64,000 bases of DNA, from NCBI GenBank assembly GCA_035258345.1, contig DATEVU010000119.1, positions 46,487 through 110,486 of the forward strand, read 5' to 3'. A program made the position numbers and the translations under genes. This DNA comes from Bacteroidales bacterium. Its GTDB lineage: Bacteria; Bacteroidota; Bacteroidia; Bacteroidales; UBA10428. Shown here in pieces: positions 19,948-30,767 of this stretch. The number at the start of each line of letters is the position of its first letter. Position 1 is the stretch's first letter. The notes under the pieces were generated by a model. It ran no database searches. It had not been told where the DNA came from and was given only the letters and a program-made list of their open reading frames with translations.

Positions 19948-21267
19948 ATGAAACGAATAGTTCTTATTTTCAGTCTTGGCATTTTGTGGACTGGTTCTGC
20001 AATCATGGCACAACAAGCCAGGACCTGGACACTGGAAGAATGCATATCATACGCGTTAGAGCAGAATATTTCGGTTAGAAAAAGTAATTTGTCGAACCAA
20101 TCTTTTGCCTATTACGCAGAGCAGGCTAAAGCCCAACGATTGCCATCGTTGAATGGCTCGGTAAGCCAGAATTTCAACTGGAGCAAGGGAGTTGCCTCCG
20201 GTGAATCGGGGTTTTCCGGCAGCAATGCTTCCAGTTATTCGCTGAATTCAGGGGTTGCATTATTCAACGGTTCACGGCTTACCAACCAGATAAAACAGGC
20301 AGAACTGGATATTGAAGGTGGAAAATACAGCCTTGAAACTACCAGGGAATCCATCAGCCTGAGCATACTGAATGCATTTCTCCAGGTTTTGTATTCCGAA
20401 GAACAGGTAAAAAACAGTGAAAAGCAGATCGAGTCCACGACGGAGCAGGTAAATCTGGCCGGAGAGCGACTGGCTTTGCAGGTTATTTCACAAGCAGACT
20501 ACCTGCAGGTGAAATCACAGCTGGCGAGTGAAAAGTTTAACCTGGCCAATGCCAACAGTCAACTGGCCATTGCCAAGGTTAGCCTGATGCAGCTCATGGA
20601 GTTGCCGGTTTCGGATGATTTTACCATAGCCCATCCGGATCTGGATGAGTCTCTGAACCAGAATCGTTTCCCTGAAGTTCTGAAGATCTTTTCAACAGCA
20701 CTTTCCATAAAACCCCAAATTAAAAATGCTGCCGTAAATAAGGAAATTGCTGCATTGGATGAAAAGATCGCCAGGGCAGGATACTTTCCCGGTTTATCAG
20801 CCAGTGCAGGGATAGGCTCACGTTTTGCCAGTGAATCCGATGACACCTATTTTAACCAGTTGGATAACGGATTAACCCCGTCGGTCGGCTTTTCCCTGTC
20901 GATTCCCATTTACCAGAACAAACAGGTTAAAACAGGGATTGCGCTGGCTAAATTAAGTTACCAGAATGCCGAACTGAGTGAAACCGACACAAAAAACCAG
21001 CTGAGAAAAAATATTGAACAGGCCTGCCAGGATGTGACTTCAGCACAGATCGAATATGAAGCAAGTTTGGAAAAATACCATTCCACCCAGGAATCCTCTG
21101 CGTTATCGGATGAAAAATTCACCCAGGGGATCATCAATTCAGTGGATTATCTGGTTACAAAAACTAACCTGATCGTTTCTGAAAGTCAGCTATTGCAATC
21201 AAAATATAATCTGATTTTCAGTTACAAAATAATGGATTTCTATATGGGAATTCCTTTAAGTCTGTAA
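19948..21267 (+). CDS. TolC-family outer-membrane efflux protein
   Basis: Signal peptide from the ATG at 19948 (MKRIVLIFSLGILWTGSAIMAQQ). Two tandem OEP-type coiled-coil/barrel repeats. Confidence 0.88.
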   Translation: MKRIVLIFSLGILWTGSAIMAQQARTWTLEECISYALEQNISVRKSNLSNQSFAYYAEQAKAQRLPSLNGSVSQNFNWSKGVASGESGFSGSNASSYSLNSGVALFNGSRLTNQIKQAELDIEGGKYSLETTRESISLSILNAFLQVLYSEEQVKNSEKQIESTTEQVNLAGERLALQVISQADYLQVKSQLASEKFNLANANSQLAIAKVSLMQLMELPVSDDFTIAHPDLDESLNQNRFPEVLKIFSTALSIKPQIKNAAVNKEIAALDEKIARAGYFPGLSASAGIGSRFASESDDTYFNQLDNGLTPSVGFSLSIPIYQNKQVKTGIALAKLSYQNAELSETDTKNQLRKNIEQACQDVTSAQIEYEASLEKYHSTQESSALSDEKFTQGIINSVDYLVTKTNLIVSESQLLQSKYNLIFSYKIMDFYMGIPLSL

Positions 21268-21301
21268 ACCATACACTAAAAACATAATAAAAAGTAATAC
21301 C

Positions 21302-22624
21302 ATGAAAAAGAAAGTTTTAATAATCGGTGCGGTTGTGGTTGTTCTGGCAGTTATTGCCTTGCTGGTCTTCAAACCGTTCGGAAAAAAAGACGCCGAAGCA
21401 ACCTTTGATACAGTAAAAGTGGAAAAGGGGAAAATAACCAATACGGTTACTGCAACAGGTACCATTGTAGCGGTAACCTCTGTAGAAGTGGGCACCCAGG
21501 TATCGGGTATCATTGATAAGATTTATGTGGACTTCAACGATCAGGTGAAAAAAGGCCAGATGCTTGCCCAGATTGATAAGACCACGCTGCTCGCCCAGTT
21601 GGAGCAGAGCAGGTCAACTGTTGATCAGGCCCAGGCCAACATGGTATTCCAGGAAGCCACGTATAACCGGTTGAAGGTCCTTTTTGAGAAAAAACTCATT
21701 GCACAGTCGGATTACGATCAGGCCTTGTACAACCATGAAAATGCCAGGGCATCCCTGAAAAATGCCAAATCAGCTTACGACAGGAACCTTACCAACTTAA
21801 ACTATTCGACAATTGCTTCCCCGATTGATGGCGTGGTATTGAACCGTGCGGTTGAAGAGGGTCAGACGGTTGCTGCCAGTTTTAATACACCAACCCTGTT
21901 TACTATTGTGAATGATCTTACCCAGATGGAAGTTGAGACCAGTGTTGATGAAGCTGATATTGGAAAAGTCCAACAGGAACAACGGGTTGAGTTTACTGTG
22001 GATGCTTATTCCGATCTCAAATTTGAGGGCAAGGTTTCGGAAGTCAGATTGCAGCCAACCACCACCAACAATGTGGTGACGTATTCTGTGATCCTCAGTG
22101 CTCCAAATCCCGACAAAAAACTTATGCCGGGAATGACAGCCAGCGCCACTATTTATGTGGACGAAAAGGATAACACCCTGATCCTTAGTGGTAAGGCAAT
22201 GCGATTTACACCTGACATGGCCTATATGGAAAAGATGATGGCGAAAATGATGCAGGATACTTCGGCCGGTTCCAGGCCCAAACGCATGCCTTCAGGGATG
22301 CCTTCGCAAGGATCTGCCATGGCTGCCACAGGCGATCAGACTGCAGCAGGTCAGGCTGTGCCATCCGAAGCAATGCCCCAAATGCCTCAGGGAGGTTTTG
22401 GAAGTTTCAGTGCACCGGATGGATCCAAGATGGTTTGGGTAAAGGATGAAAAGGGCGGTATTCGTCCTAATCGGGTGATAGTTGGAATTGATAACGGTAA
22501 CAGTGTGGAGATACTATCCGGATTAAAGGAAGGGGATGAGGTGATCATCTCCATGAGCAGTTCAGATCCGGAATCCAACACTTCGGACCAGAACCAGGGT
22601 CCCCGTGGTCCGTTCCCATTCTGA
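21302..22624 (+). CDS. Efflux periplasmic adaptor subunit (HlyD/MacA family)
   Basis: N-terminal TM anchor, a lipoyl-like and coiled-coil hairpin region, and a beta-barrel domain. It has an unusual Met/Pro/Gly-rich insert (MMAKMMQDTSAGSRPKRMPSGMPSQGSAMAATGDQ...). Confidence 0.88.
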   Translation: MKKKVLIIGAVVVVLAVIALLVFKPFGKKDAEATFDTVKVEKGKITNTVTATGTIVAVTSVEVGTQVSGIIDKIYVDFNDQVKKGQMLAQIDKTTLLAQLEQSRSTVDQAQANMVFQEATYNRLKVLFEKKLIAQSDYDQALYNHENARASLKNAKSAYDRNLTNLNYSTIASPIDGVVLNRAVEEGQTVAASFNTPTLFTIVNDLTQMEVETSVDEADIGKVQQEQRVEFTVDAYSDLKFEGKVSEVRLQPTTTNNVVTYSVILSAPNPDKKLMPGMTASATIYVDEKDNTLILSGKAMRFTPDMAYMEKMMAKMMQDTSAGSRPKRMPSGMPSQGSAMAATGDQTAAGQAVPSEAMPQMPQGGFGSFSAPDGSKMVWVKDEKGGIRPNRVIVGIDNGNSVEILSGLKEGDEVIISMSSSDPESNTSDQNQGPRGPFPF

Positions 22625-22660
22625 TAGTGCCTGACGCACATTACATTAATACTTTTTATC

Positions 22661-23419
22661 ATGGATAAGACAATTATAGAAATAAGCGGACTGAGAAAAG
22701 ACTACCACGTTGGTGAAGTTACTGTGCATGCACTGCGTGGAGTGGATCTGAAAATACAGGCCGGGGAATTTGTGGCGGTAATGGGAGTAAGCGGATCAGG
22801 CAAGTCAACCATGCTGAATATCCTGGGATGCCTGGATATACCAACCAAAGGCAGTTGCCTTCTGGATGGGGTGGATATAAAAACGCTTACAAAAGATGAA
22901 CTTGCCAGGTTGCGTAATCTGAAACTGGGTTTTGTTTTTCAGGCGTATAACCTCCTGCCCAGGACCACTGCCCTCGAAAATGTTGAACTGCCCCTGTTCT
23001 ATAACAGCAAGGTGAAATCGAAGGAACGCAAGGAAAGGGCCGTTCGCGCACTCGAGGCAGTTGGCCTGGCTGACCGGATGCATCATATGCCCAACCAGCT
23101 TTCAGGCGGACAGCAACAAAGGGTTGCCATCGCCCGGTCTCTGGTGAATGACCCTGTAATGATTCTGGCAGACGAGCCTACCGGTAACCTGGACACCCGC
23201 ACTTCATTCGAGATCATGGAACTGTTCCAGGAACTGAACCAAAGAGGCAGAACAATTGTGTATGTCACGCATGAGCCCGATATTGCCCGTTTTGCAACAC
23301 GCAACGTGGTATTCCGTGATGGACTGATACAGCGTGAGAATATGGTAGCTGACAGGCTGTTTGCCAGAGAAATTCTGAAAACATTACCCGTTGAAAATAT
23401 TGAAGAATTTGACCAATAA
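22661..23419 (+). CDS. ABC transporter ATP-binding protein (MacB/LolD type)
   Basis: Walker [10 protein letters not shown], signature LSGGQQQR, Walker [12 protein letters not shown]. Confidence 0.93.
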   Translation: MDKTIIEISGLRKDYHVGEVTVHALRGVDLKIQAGEFVAVMGVSGSGKSTMLNILGCLDIPTKGSCLLDGVDIKTLTKDELARLRNLKLGFVFQAYNLLPRTTALENVELPLFYNSKVKSKERKERAVRALEAVGLADRMHHMPNQLSGGQQQRVAIARSLVNDPVMILADEPTGNLDTRTSFEIMELFQELNQRGRTIVYVTHEPDIARFATRNVVFRDGLIQRENMVADRLFAREILKTLPVENIEEFDQ

Positions 23420-23432
23420 TAAATTATAGGAT

Positions 23433-24653
23433 ATGAGCATTTCAAACTTATTCAGAATTGCTGTCAGGGCCCTTGTAAGAAACAGGCTAAGGGCTGTATT
23501 GACCATGCTTGGAATAATCATCGGTGTGGCTTCGGTAATCGCCATGCTTGCACTCGGTGAGGGTTCCAAAAGAAGCATGCGTGAAGAAATGTCAAGTATG
23601 GGAACCAACATGATCATGGTTATGCCCAATTTCCAGCGCCGCGGCGGTGTCAGCCTTGGAAGTTCCAGCTCCAATGCCCTGAAAATGACTGATGTGAACG
23701 CTATTCAGAACGAAGCAGTCAGTATTTCCGCTATTTCGCCCGAAATAAGGGCAAGCGGACAAATCATTTATGGTAACCAGAACACCCAGACAACCATATA
23801 TGGAGCCAATGAGGAATACATGGGCATCAAGAAACTGACCATCAAAAGTGGCCGGGTATTCAATGCTCAGGAGATCAAGAGTATGGCTAAGGTATGTGTA
23901 CTGGGGCAAACCGTAGTGGAAAACCTGTTTGGCACGGGAACCGATCCGGTAGGCCTGTCCATCAGGATAAAAAATCTTCCTTTCCAGGTTATCGGAGTCC
24001 TTGAGGATAAGGGTGAAAGCGGCATGGGACAAGATCAGGATGACGTGATCATTGCCCCGTATACGACGGTCCAGCGCAGGCTGGCAGCTATTGACTATAT
24101 CAATGGTATTTATGCCTCTGCAAAGACCGAAGAAAAATCCCCTGCCGCAATAGCCGAAATCGAGGAGGTCCTTAGGAGGACCCATAAGCTTAAGGATTCC
24201 GATGAGAATGATTTCAGGATCATGTCACAGTCGGAATTAATGGCCACCATGACGTCTATTTTAGATATTATGACTTATTTGCTGGGTGCTATAGCCGGCA
24301 TATCCCTGCTGGTTGGAGGTATTGGCATCATGAATATCATGTTTGTTTCGGTAACGGAACGTACACGTGAAATCGGACTTCGTATGTCGGTGGGCGGGCG
24401 TAGCCAGGATATTATGAAACAGTTCCTGGTGGAATCAATAATACTGAGTATCTTAGGAGGATTGTTGGGTATTATTCTGGGATATTTTTTGGCCAAAGGA
24501 GCCGGTTCACTGATGGACACCAAAGCCTATGTCCAAACAAGTGCTGTGGTGCTGGCATTTGCCGTGTGCTTTATTATCGGTGTATTTTTCGGCTGGTATC
24601 CGGCCCGCAAAGCCGCCAGTCTGAATCCTATAGATGCGCTCAGGTATGAATAA
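23433..24653 (+). CDS. ABC transporter permease (MacB periplasmic core domain + FtsX)
   Basis: 406 aa. TM1, a large periplasmic domain, then three C-terminal TM helices of FtsX type, ending in the typical [17 protein letters not shown] tail. Confidence 0.92.
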   Translation: MSISNLFRIAVRALVRNRLRAVLTMLGIIIGVASVIAMLALGEGSKRSMREEMSSMGTNMIMVMPNFQRRGGVSLGSSSSNALKMTDVNAIQNEAVSISAISPEIRASGQIIYGNQNTQTTIYGANEEYMGIKKLTIKSGRVFNAQEIKSMAKVCVLGQTVVENLFGTGTDPVGLSIRIKNLPFQVIGVLEDKGESGMGQDQDDVIIAPYTTVQRRLAAIDYINGIYASAKTEEKSPAAIAEIEEVLRRTHKLKDSDENDFRIMSQSELMATMTSILDIMTYLLGAIAGISLLVGGIGIMNIMFVSVTERTREIGLRMSVGGRSQDIMKQFLVESIILSILGGLLGIILGYFLAKGAGSLMDTKAYVQTSAVVLAFAVCFIIGVFFGWYPARKAASLNPIDALRYE

Positions 24654-24666
24654 AACGGAATCACTA

Positions 24667-25782
24667 ATGAAAACACCCTTGCTTCAAGGCAATAAAATGA
24701 GAATACTGCTGCATATTGCAGCCTGGACAATTTTGCTTGGATTGCCGCTTTACTTTATTAATCGTTGGAATATAGGCAAGGATTTCATCTGGGCGTATTA
24801 TATTAATAACATCATAAATGGTTTAATATTCTATGTCAATTATCTGTTCCTGATCCCGGCATTCTTTTTCGGTGCAAAAAAATTCAAGTATTATATTTCT
24901 GTTATGCTGTTGATCGGGAGCTTTTACCTGGTTTCTGATATTTCCAACGGGCTTATATTTAAATATACCACAGAACAGCGGAAAACAGAAGAACCCAGGA
25001 GAGAGCCCTTAGAACTAAGGAAGGATTCAGGACCTCCGGACAGGGACAAGCGATTCGGCCGGCCACCATTCCGGCAGATGCACCGGTTTAATTTCTTCTT
25101 TACGTCCCTGTTCATAACATTTTTTTCCCTGGGCCTCAGGGTTCTTGAGCGCAATGCGCAAATTGAAAAACGGCAGAAAGACCTGGAAAAGGAAAAACTG
25201 AATTCTGAACTTGCGCTCCTGAAAAACCAGATCAGCCCACATTTCTTTTTCAATACGCTGAACAATATTTATTCGCTTATCAGCATCAATACCGCGGATT
25301 CGCAAAAGGCAGTGCTTCAGCTCTCCAAGCTGATGCGGTACTTGCTGTATGAATCGGAACAGGGGCAAAGCCTGCTCAGCCACGAGATCGAATTCATGAA
25401 TAACTACATCGATCTTATGCGGCTCAGAATGAGTGATAAGGTAGCGCTTTCCGTATCATTTCCCGTGCAATATGAAAACATGGCTATACCTCCGCTCCTG
25501 TTTATCCCTTTTATCGAAAATGCGTTCAAGCATGGCATCAGTTACCGTGAAAAATCTTTTATCGAAATAGCCATGAAGGTTGAAAAAGAATCTTTAACTT
25601 TCAGGAGCAGCAACAGCATAGGGAAAGCAGGGGATGAATCCGGTCAGAATCATTCCGGCATCGGGCTTGATAATGTCAGCAAACGGTTGAATTTGCTTTT
25701 CCCGGGTAAACATGAACTGAAAATCAATAAATCCGATGCTTCGTTTGATGTATATCTTGTGATACTGTTTGATATTACCTGA
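24667..25782 (+). CDS. Sensor histidine kinase, LytS/YehU-like (His_kinase domain), membrane-embedded sensor
   Basis: About 4 TM helices, then the motif QISPHFFFNTLNNIYSL and an HATPase-like C-terminus (FIENAFKHG, GIGLDNV). The start is uncertain (24634, 24667 or 24697). Confidence 0.85.
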   Translation: MKTPLLQGNKMRILLHIAAWTILLGLPLYFINRWNIGKDFIWAYYINNIINGLIFYVNYLFLIPAFFFGAKKFKYYISVMLLIGSFYLVSDISNGLIFKYTTEQRKTEEPRREPLELRKDSGPPDRDKRFGRPPFRQMHRFNFFFTSLFITFFSLGLRVLERNAQIEKRQKDLEKEKLNSELALLKNQISPHFFFNTLNNIYSLISINTADSQKAVLQLSKLMRYLLYESEQGQSLLSHEIEFMNNYIDLMRLRMSDKVALSVSFPVQYENMAIPPLLFIPFIENAFKHGISYREKSFIEIAMKVEKESLTFRSSNSIGKAGDESGQNHSGIGLDNVSKRLNLLFPGKHELKINKSDASFDVYLVILFDIT

Positions 25783-25786
25783 GCAG

Positions 25787-26500
25787 ATGATCAATACAAT
25801 AGCCATAGATGATGAACCGCTTGCTCTTCAACTGGTTACCGGGTATATAGAAAAGGCACCCGGCCTGAAGCTTCTGGGGAAATTCGACAATCCCCTGGAT
25901 GCCATGGATTTTATGGCCGGTCAATCCGTTGACTTGATTTTCGTAGATATTCAGATGCCCGACCTTTCCGGAATAGAGTTCACCAAAGCAATTGCAAAAG
26001 GACCGAAGGTGATCTTCACCACCGCATATGAGAAATATGCACTGGAAGGATTCAAGCTTGATGTGGTGGATTATCTTTTGAAACCATTCAGTTACGAGGA
26101 GTTTTTTACTGCCGTGCAAAAGGTTCAGCGCATCCTCAGGCTTGAACAGGCCGCCCTTCAACAGGTGGATGCAAACAACGAATTCCTGTTCCTGAAGTCG
26201 GAATACAAGATCAAACGCATTAACTTTAACGATATCCAGTACATCGAGGGTTTAAAGGATTATGTAAAGGTATACACCTGCAATGATCCGAAACCCTTAC
26301 TGTCAATTGCATCCCTGAAATTGCTCGAATCGAAGCTGCCTGATACAAAATTCATGCGTGTTCACCGGTCATTTATTGTCAATCTCGAAAGGATCGATAC
26401 CATTGAACGCAGCAGGATTGTATTCGGAAAGGCTTATATACCGGTTAGCGATCAGTATAAGGATAAATTCCAGGAATTCCTGAATAAGAACTTTCTCTGA
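25787..26500 (+). CDS. LytTR-family DNA-binding response regulator
   Basis: REC domain (IAIDDEPLAL...VDIQMPDLSG) plus a LytTR domain (FMRVHRSFIVNL). The ATG at 25787 lies 4 nt after the kinase stop. Confidence 0.92.
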   Translation: MINTIAIDDEPLALQLVTGYIEKAPGLKLLGKFDNPLDAMDFMAGQSVDLIFVDIQMPDLSGIEFTKAIAKGPKVIFTTAYEKYALEGFKLDVVDYLLKPFSYEEFFTAVQKVQRILRLEQAALQQVDANNEFLFLKSEYKIKRINFNDIQYIEGLKDYVKVYTCNDPKPLLSIASLKLLESKLPDTKFMRVHRSFIVNLERIDTIERSRIVFGKAYIPVSDQYKDKFQEFLNKNFL

Positions 26501-26510
26501 CCCGTGCCTG

Positions 26511-27545
26511 TCACAATTTGCTGTAATGAACCAGCGGCAGATCCCTTAAAATGGATGCACTGGTTTCCGCAGTGATGTCGCGTTGCGGATTAGCCAGCAA
26601 TTCATATCCTACCATAAACTTTTTTATTGTTGCTGACCTGAGCAGGGGAGGGTAAAAATGCATGTGCATTTGCCATTCCTCATGTTGCAGCCCGTCGGTG
26701 GGAGCCTGGTGAATACCGGCTGAGTAGGGAAAGGATATCCTGAACAGGTTATCATACTTTACCGCAGTAACCCGCATAATGTCGGCAAACAGGGAAACTT
26801 CCTGCCGGGTAAGCTGCAGTATATGCCGGATATTTCTTTTGGGGAGGATCATGGTTTCATAAGGCCAGAGCGCCCAAAACGGAACAAGTAATGCAAATCC
26901 TTCATTTTCATATATGATACGCTCTTTTTGCCGCAGTTCAAGCTGCAGGTAATCCATCAGCATGGAAGTCTTTTTTTCCGCCAGGTATTTCAGCTGATGC
27001 TCCTGTTCCTTGGCAGGTTCAACCGGAATTGACTGCTGTGCCCATATCTGACCGTGCGGATGCGGATTGCTGCATCCCATGATTTCACCTTTGTTCTCAA
27101 AGATCTGCACGTAGTTGATATAGGGAAGCTCCCCGAGGACTTTGTATTCGGTTTGCCAGGTAGTAATTACATTTTCCAGGCCCGTGGTTTCCATTTCGGC
27201 CAGGGTAAGGTTGTGCTTTGGTGAAAAACATACAACCCGGCACATACCTTTTTCCGTGCCGGCAACCAGGAGTGAAGATTCATCCATCTCAAATACAGGT
27301 ACATCATGGATCAATGCACTAAAATCATTCACAAATGCATAGGTTGAATCATAGGCAGGGTTGATTTCCCCGTTTGCCCTTGTATTACCCGGACACAGAT
27401 AACACGAAGGATCATATCCAACGGAATTCTTTTGTGACTCATCTTCCCGGTAGCCCTGCCACGGACGTTTTGTGCGGTGGGGTGCAACCAGTATCCATTC
27501 CCCGGTGAGAATATTTAACCTGCGATGACTGAATTGTTGAATCAT
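26511..27545 (-). CDS. galT: Galactose-1-phosphate uridylyltransferase
   Basis: 344 aa. Zn-site motif CYLCPGN and active-site motif HPHGQIW. Confidence 0.92.
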   Translation of the reverse strand: MIQQFSHRRLNILTGEWILVAPHRTKRPWQGYREDESQKNSVGYDPSCYLCPGNTRANGEINPAYDSTYAFVNDFSALIHDVPVFEMDESSLLVAGTEKGMCRVVCFSPKHNLTLAEMETTGLENVITTWQTEYKVLGELPYINYVQIFENKGEIMGCSNPHPHGQIWAQQSIPVEPAKEQEHQLKYLAEKKTSMLMDYLQLELRQKERIIYENEGFALLVPFWALWPYETMILPKRNIRHILQLTRQEVSLFADIMRVTAVKYDNLFRISFPYSAGIHQAPTDGLQHEEWQMHMHFYPPLLRSATIKKFMVGYELLANPQRDITAETSASILRDLPLVHYSKL

Positions 27546-27554
27546 ACTGTTGTT

Positions 27555-28805
27555 TTATTTGCCTTCCAGACTGTTAAACCAGTTAATTGTCAGAATTCCC
27601 CAGGGGATCAGTCCTGTTTCATGTGTAAGACCCGTCAATTCGATATAATCTACCTTTTGTCCGGCACCTGCCTGCAGAAACCCATTGTACAGACCGGCCG
27701 ATTGTTCCGCAGGCACATTAAGGTCTGCAGTGCCATGATATAAATTGATCAATACATCCGTATTCCAGGCAGGGACACTGCTTTCAGCAAGTTGTTCCCT
27801 GAGTGACTGGAAGGAAGCACCCGTGGCGAAATTCATCCTGACATCATCGGTGACCAGGTTCGCGATTGTATCGGTAAGCTGTTCATTGATTTCACTGTTG
27901 CTGTAGGATCCGTCAAATAACACAGGGATCCTGGCAGCATATGGCTCTTTGAAAAATTTATCCAGCGGATCCGTCAGGGTACCGTATTGTTGCCGGGCGT
28001 AAATGAAATACGGTAAATACAATGGCCCGGGAAAGGTCTCAAGGTCCAGTACATACGATGACATGGTCATCAGGTCATAGGCGCCCGCACCACATGAGCT
28101 TGCAACAATTTCCAACGATGACAGACCTCCGTTCTCAATGGCATCATGAGCTGAAAGGCTGGCCCATCCACCCTGGGAATAGCCCATCAGATAATACCGG
28201 CCGTTACTTTTCGCCAGTATGTCCTGTTGCTCAACGAGTTCACCGCATGCATGCATCATATCTACCACGACAATATCGGTGGCTGTCCGGTTATAATAGG
28301 GATGAACAAGCTCTTCCGATGCGCCGAAACCGATGTAATCGGGTATCAGCATGATATACCCGTTACTGGCCATAGCCTGCAGCAGCAGGTATTTGTAATC
28401 AAGAGGATCGGCACTGGGAGCGTTTGCATCCAGCGTGTTTGTCCCGTTTTGAAAACTGATCACAGGAAACTGCTCCCCGCTCAGGGGCAGGCAAACCAAA
28501 CCGGACGCGGTAATCCCGGATTCTTTGTAGTGTGTTTTGTAAGTAATGCTGAATACCTGAACACTATGCTGTGCCTGCGCAAGTATGTCAGATGCTCCCG
28601 GGTATTCTGTACCAAGCGATTCAAACAGGGCTGTTATAGCCGGCAACAGCAAAATGCTTTCCTGCTTGTACGAAACAAGGTATTCCGTACTTGGTGTGCT
28701 ATCATCACGACAGGAATTAATAAGGAAAAGCAATGTCAGGGCCAGCAGGAATAGCTTCAGGGAAACTTCCCCCTGTGCGGAATGTTTTGTTGTTGCTTTT
28801 TTCAT
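27555..28805 (-). CDS. Secreted alpha/beta-hydrolase, lipase family (LIP-like) lipoprotein
   Basis: Signal/lipobox region (LLALTLLFLINSC) and nucleophile elbow GYSQGG. Confidence 0.6.
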   Translation of the reverse strand: MKKATTKHSAQGEVSLKLFLLALTLLFLINSCRDDSTPSTEYLVSYKQESILLLPAITALFESLGTEYPGASDILAQAQHSVQVFSITYKTHYKESGITASGLVCLPLSGEQFPVISFQNGTNTLDANAPSADPLDYKYLLLQAMASNGYIMLIPDYIGFGASEELVHPYYNRTATDIVVVDMMHACGELVEQQDILAKSNGRYYLMGYSQGGWASLSAHDAIENGGLSSLEIVASSCGAGAYDLMTMSSYVLDLETFPGPLYLPYFIYARQQYGTLTDPLDKFFKEPYAARIPVLFDGSYSNSEINEQLTDTIANLVTDDVRMNFATGASFQSLREQLAESSVPAWNTDVLINLYHGTADLNVPAEQSAGLYNGFLQAGAGQKVDYIELTGLTHETGLIPWGILTINWFNSLEGK

Positions 28806-28925
28806 GGTTCTGGATTGATGTTTGGGAGCCCTAATTTATTAAAATATTCCGAAATATTTTTTGGCTAATTTTACGGTGTCATCTGCAGATCGGAACTGGC
28901 TGCAGCGCAACCAAAAAAAAGCGGT

Positions 28926-29522
28926 ATGGATATAACAACTGATATAATAAACCAGGTGATACGTAACCGGCATTCCACGTGGCCGCTGAATTTTGACACG
29001 GCCCGGAAAATTGACAGGTCCGTGATCACACAACTCCTTGACACCGCAGTCTGGGCCCCTTCCCACGGTTTGACCCAGCCCTGGGCGTTCACAGTATTTG
29101 AGGGTAGCGGACTCCGCTTATTCTTCAAGAAGCTGAAGAAGATATATCTCGAAATTACACCACCTGATCAGGTGAAGGAAAGCAAACTCGCCAAATATGA
29201 CGGCAAGGCAGGTGAGGTTTCACATGTTATTGCAGTTTGCATGGTTCGGGATAAGAACCGGAAATATCCTGAAATTGAAGAGATTGTGGCTGCCTCCTGT
29301 GTTATTGAAAATATTTATCTGTGCCTGAATGCATATGGCATTGCCGGATACCTGAGCACGGGTGATATTTGCTACACACAACAGATAAAGGATTTCCTGG
29401 GTCTGGGTACCGAAGACCGCTGCCTGGGATTTTTCCAGCTGGGATATGCCAGGCCCGGTATCAACCCTCCCCAACGCAAGCGAATCCCGGCAGCAGAAAA
29501 AACGAAATGGATAGGGGGGTAG
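28926..29522 (+). CDS. Nitroreductase family protein
   Basis: 198 aa with a nitroreductase-fold N-terminus (VIRNRHSTWP...AVWAPSHGLTQPW). Confidence 0.8.
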   Translation: MDITTDIINQVIRNRHSTWPLNFDTARKIDRSVITQLLDTAVWAPSHGLTQPWAFTVFEGSGLRLFFKKLKKIYLEITPPDQVKESKLAKYDGKAGEVSHVIAVCMVRDKNRKYPEIEEIVAASCVIENIYLCLNAYGIAGYLSTGDICYTQQIKDFLGLGTEDRCLGFFQLGYARPGINPPQRKRIPAAEKTKWIGG

Positions 29523-30749
29523 TTACAAATCCAGCAATTTCTTTTCCGGATCGGTACCCAATAGCAAATTCACCGGGGATTCAATGAGTTCTTTTACCTT
29601 TACCAGGAAGCTCACCGAATCACGGCCATCGATCAGTCTGTGATCATAGGATAAGGCAACATACATTACCGGCCTGATCTCAATCTTTCCCCCGATTGCA
29701 ACCGGGCGGTCAACAATGCTGTGCATGCCCAGGATGGCCGATTGTGGCGGATTAAGTATCGGAGTGGATAACATGGAACCAAATACGCCTCCGTTGGTTA
29801 TCGTAAAGGTACCACCCGTCATCTCTTCAACGGACAATCCAGCTGCCCTTGCTTTCTGGGCCAACTCTCCAACAGCCAGTTCGATCTGCGCCAGGCTTTT
29901 CCCATGAACATCCCTGATCACCGGCACCATCAATCCCTTGTCGGTTTGAACCGCAACTGCAATATCAATATATTCGGGAGTTATGATATCATCACCTTCG
30001 ATCATTGAATTAACCCGGGGAAACTGTGTTAGTGCTTCCGCACAAGCCTTCATAAAAAACGACATCAGGCCAAGTTTGGTCCCGTGCTTTTCCTGGAACT
30101 GCTGCTGAAATTTTCTGCGCATGTCAAGCACAGCGCTCATATCCACTTCGTTAAAGGTGGTGAGCATCGCGGTTTCATTTTTAACGGCCACCAGTCGTTT
30201 GCTGAGCTTACGCCTGAGCGGTGACATGGGTGTTTTCGACAGGCTTCTGGTTGTCCCTTCTCCGGGAGACACTTCCACAGATGGCCGTAACCTGCTGTTG
30301 ACAACCATATCCACTTCACGGCGGGTTATTTTCTGCAGACCATTAATTATGGCTTCCACATCAAGGTTATGTTCACCCATTATGCTGCGGGCTACCGGGG
30401 TCACCTTTACCTGTTGCAGACCTGAGGCGGAAGTTTTCTGACTGGTAACTGCCGGTTCCCCGGCGGGTTCGGCATTTACTTTTGGTGCTTTTGCCGGCTT
30501 GGCAGATGGCTTTACCGATGTGTCAATTGTACAGGCAATGTCGCCGACATTTGCCTTTTGCCCGGCGGCAATACTGATTGTAAGCTTTCCCCCTTCGGGC
30601 GATATCAGGGGAAGAGTGGCCTTATCAGTTTCCACCTCGGCAATTTCCTGGTCTTTTTCAACAAAACTGCCGTCCTCTGCTAACCAGCTGCCAATGGCCA
30701 CTTCGGTGACGGATTCACCCGGACTTGGTATTTTAATCTCAACGATCAT
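29523..30749 (-). CDS. sucB: 2-oxoglutarate dehydrogenase E2, dihydrolipoyllysine-residue succinyltransferase
   Basis: Lipoyl domain ([10 protein letters not shown]), an Ala/Pro linker, a subunit-binding domain, and a catalytic domain with SYDHRLIDG. Confidence 0.93.
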   Translation of the reverse strand: MIVEIKIPSPGESVTEVAIGSWLAEDGSFVEKDQEIAEVETDKATLPLISPEGGKLTISIAAGQKANVGDIACTIDTSVKPSAKPAKAPKVNAEPAGEPAVTSQKTSASGLQQVKVTPVARSIMGEHNLDVEAIINGLQKITRREVDMVVNSRLRPSVEVSPGEGTTRSLSKTPMSPLRRKLSKRLVAVKNETAMLTTFNEVDMSAVLDMRRKFQQQFQEKHGTKLGLMSFFMKACAEALTQFPRVNSMIEGDDIITPEYIDIAVAVQTDKGLMVPVIRDVHGKSLAQIELAVGELAQKARAAGLSVEEMTGGTFTITNGGVFGSMLSTPILNPPQSAILGMHSIVDRPVAIGGKIEIRPVMYVALSYDHRLIDGRDSVSFLVKVKELIESPVNLLLGTDPEKKLLDL

Positions 30750-30767
30750 GTTTATTGTATTAGTGCC

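Noticed and set aside
23592-24185. 197-aa ORF antisense to the MacB-type permease gene.
   Set aside because: It lies entirely within a strongly supported gene on the other strand, and its composition is low-complexity with no motifs. It is a typical shadow ORF.
28227-28754. 175-aa ORF antisense to the lipase-family gene.
   Set aside because: It is a shadow ORF, since the opposite strand encodes a protein with a signal peptide and a GYSQGG nucleophile elbow.
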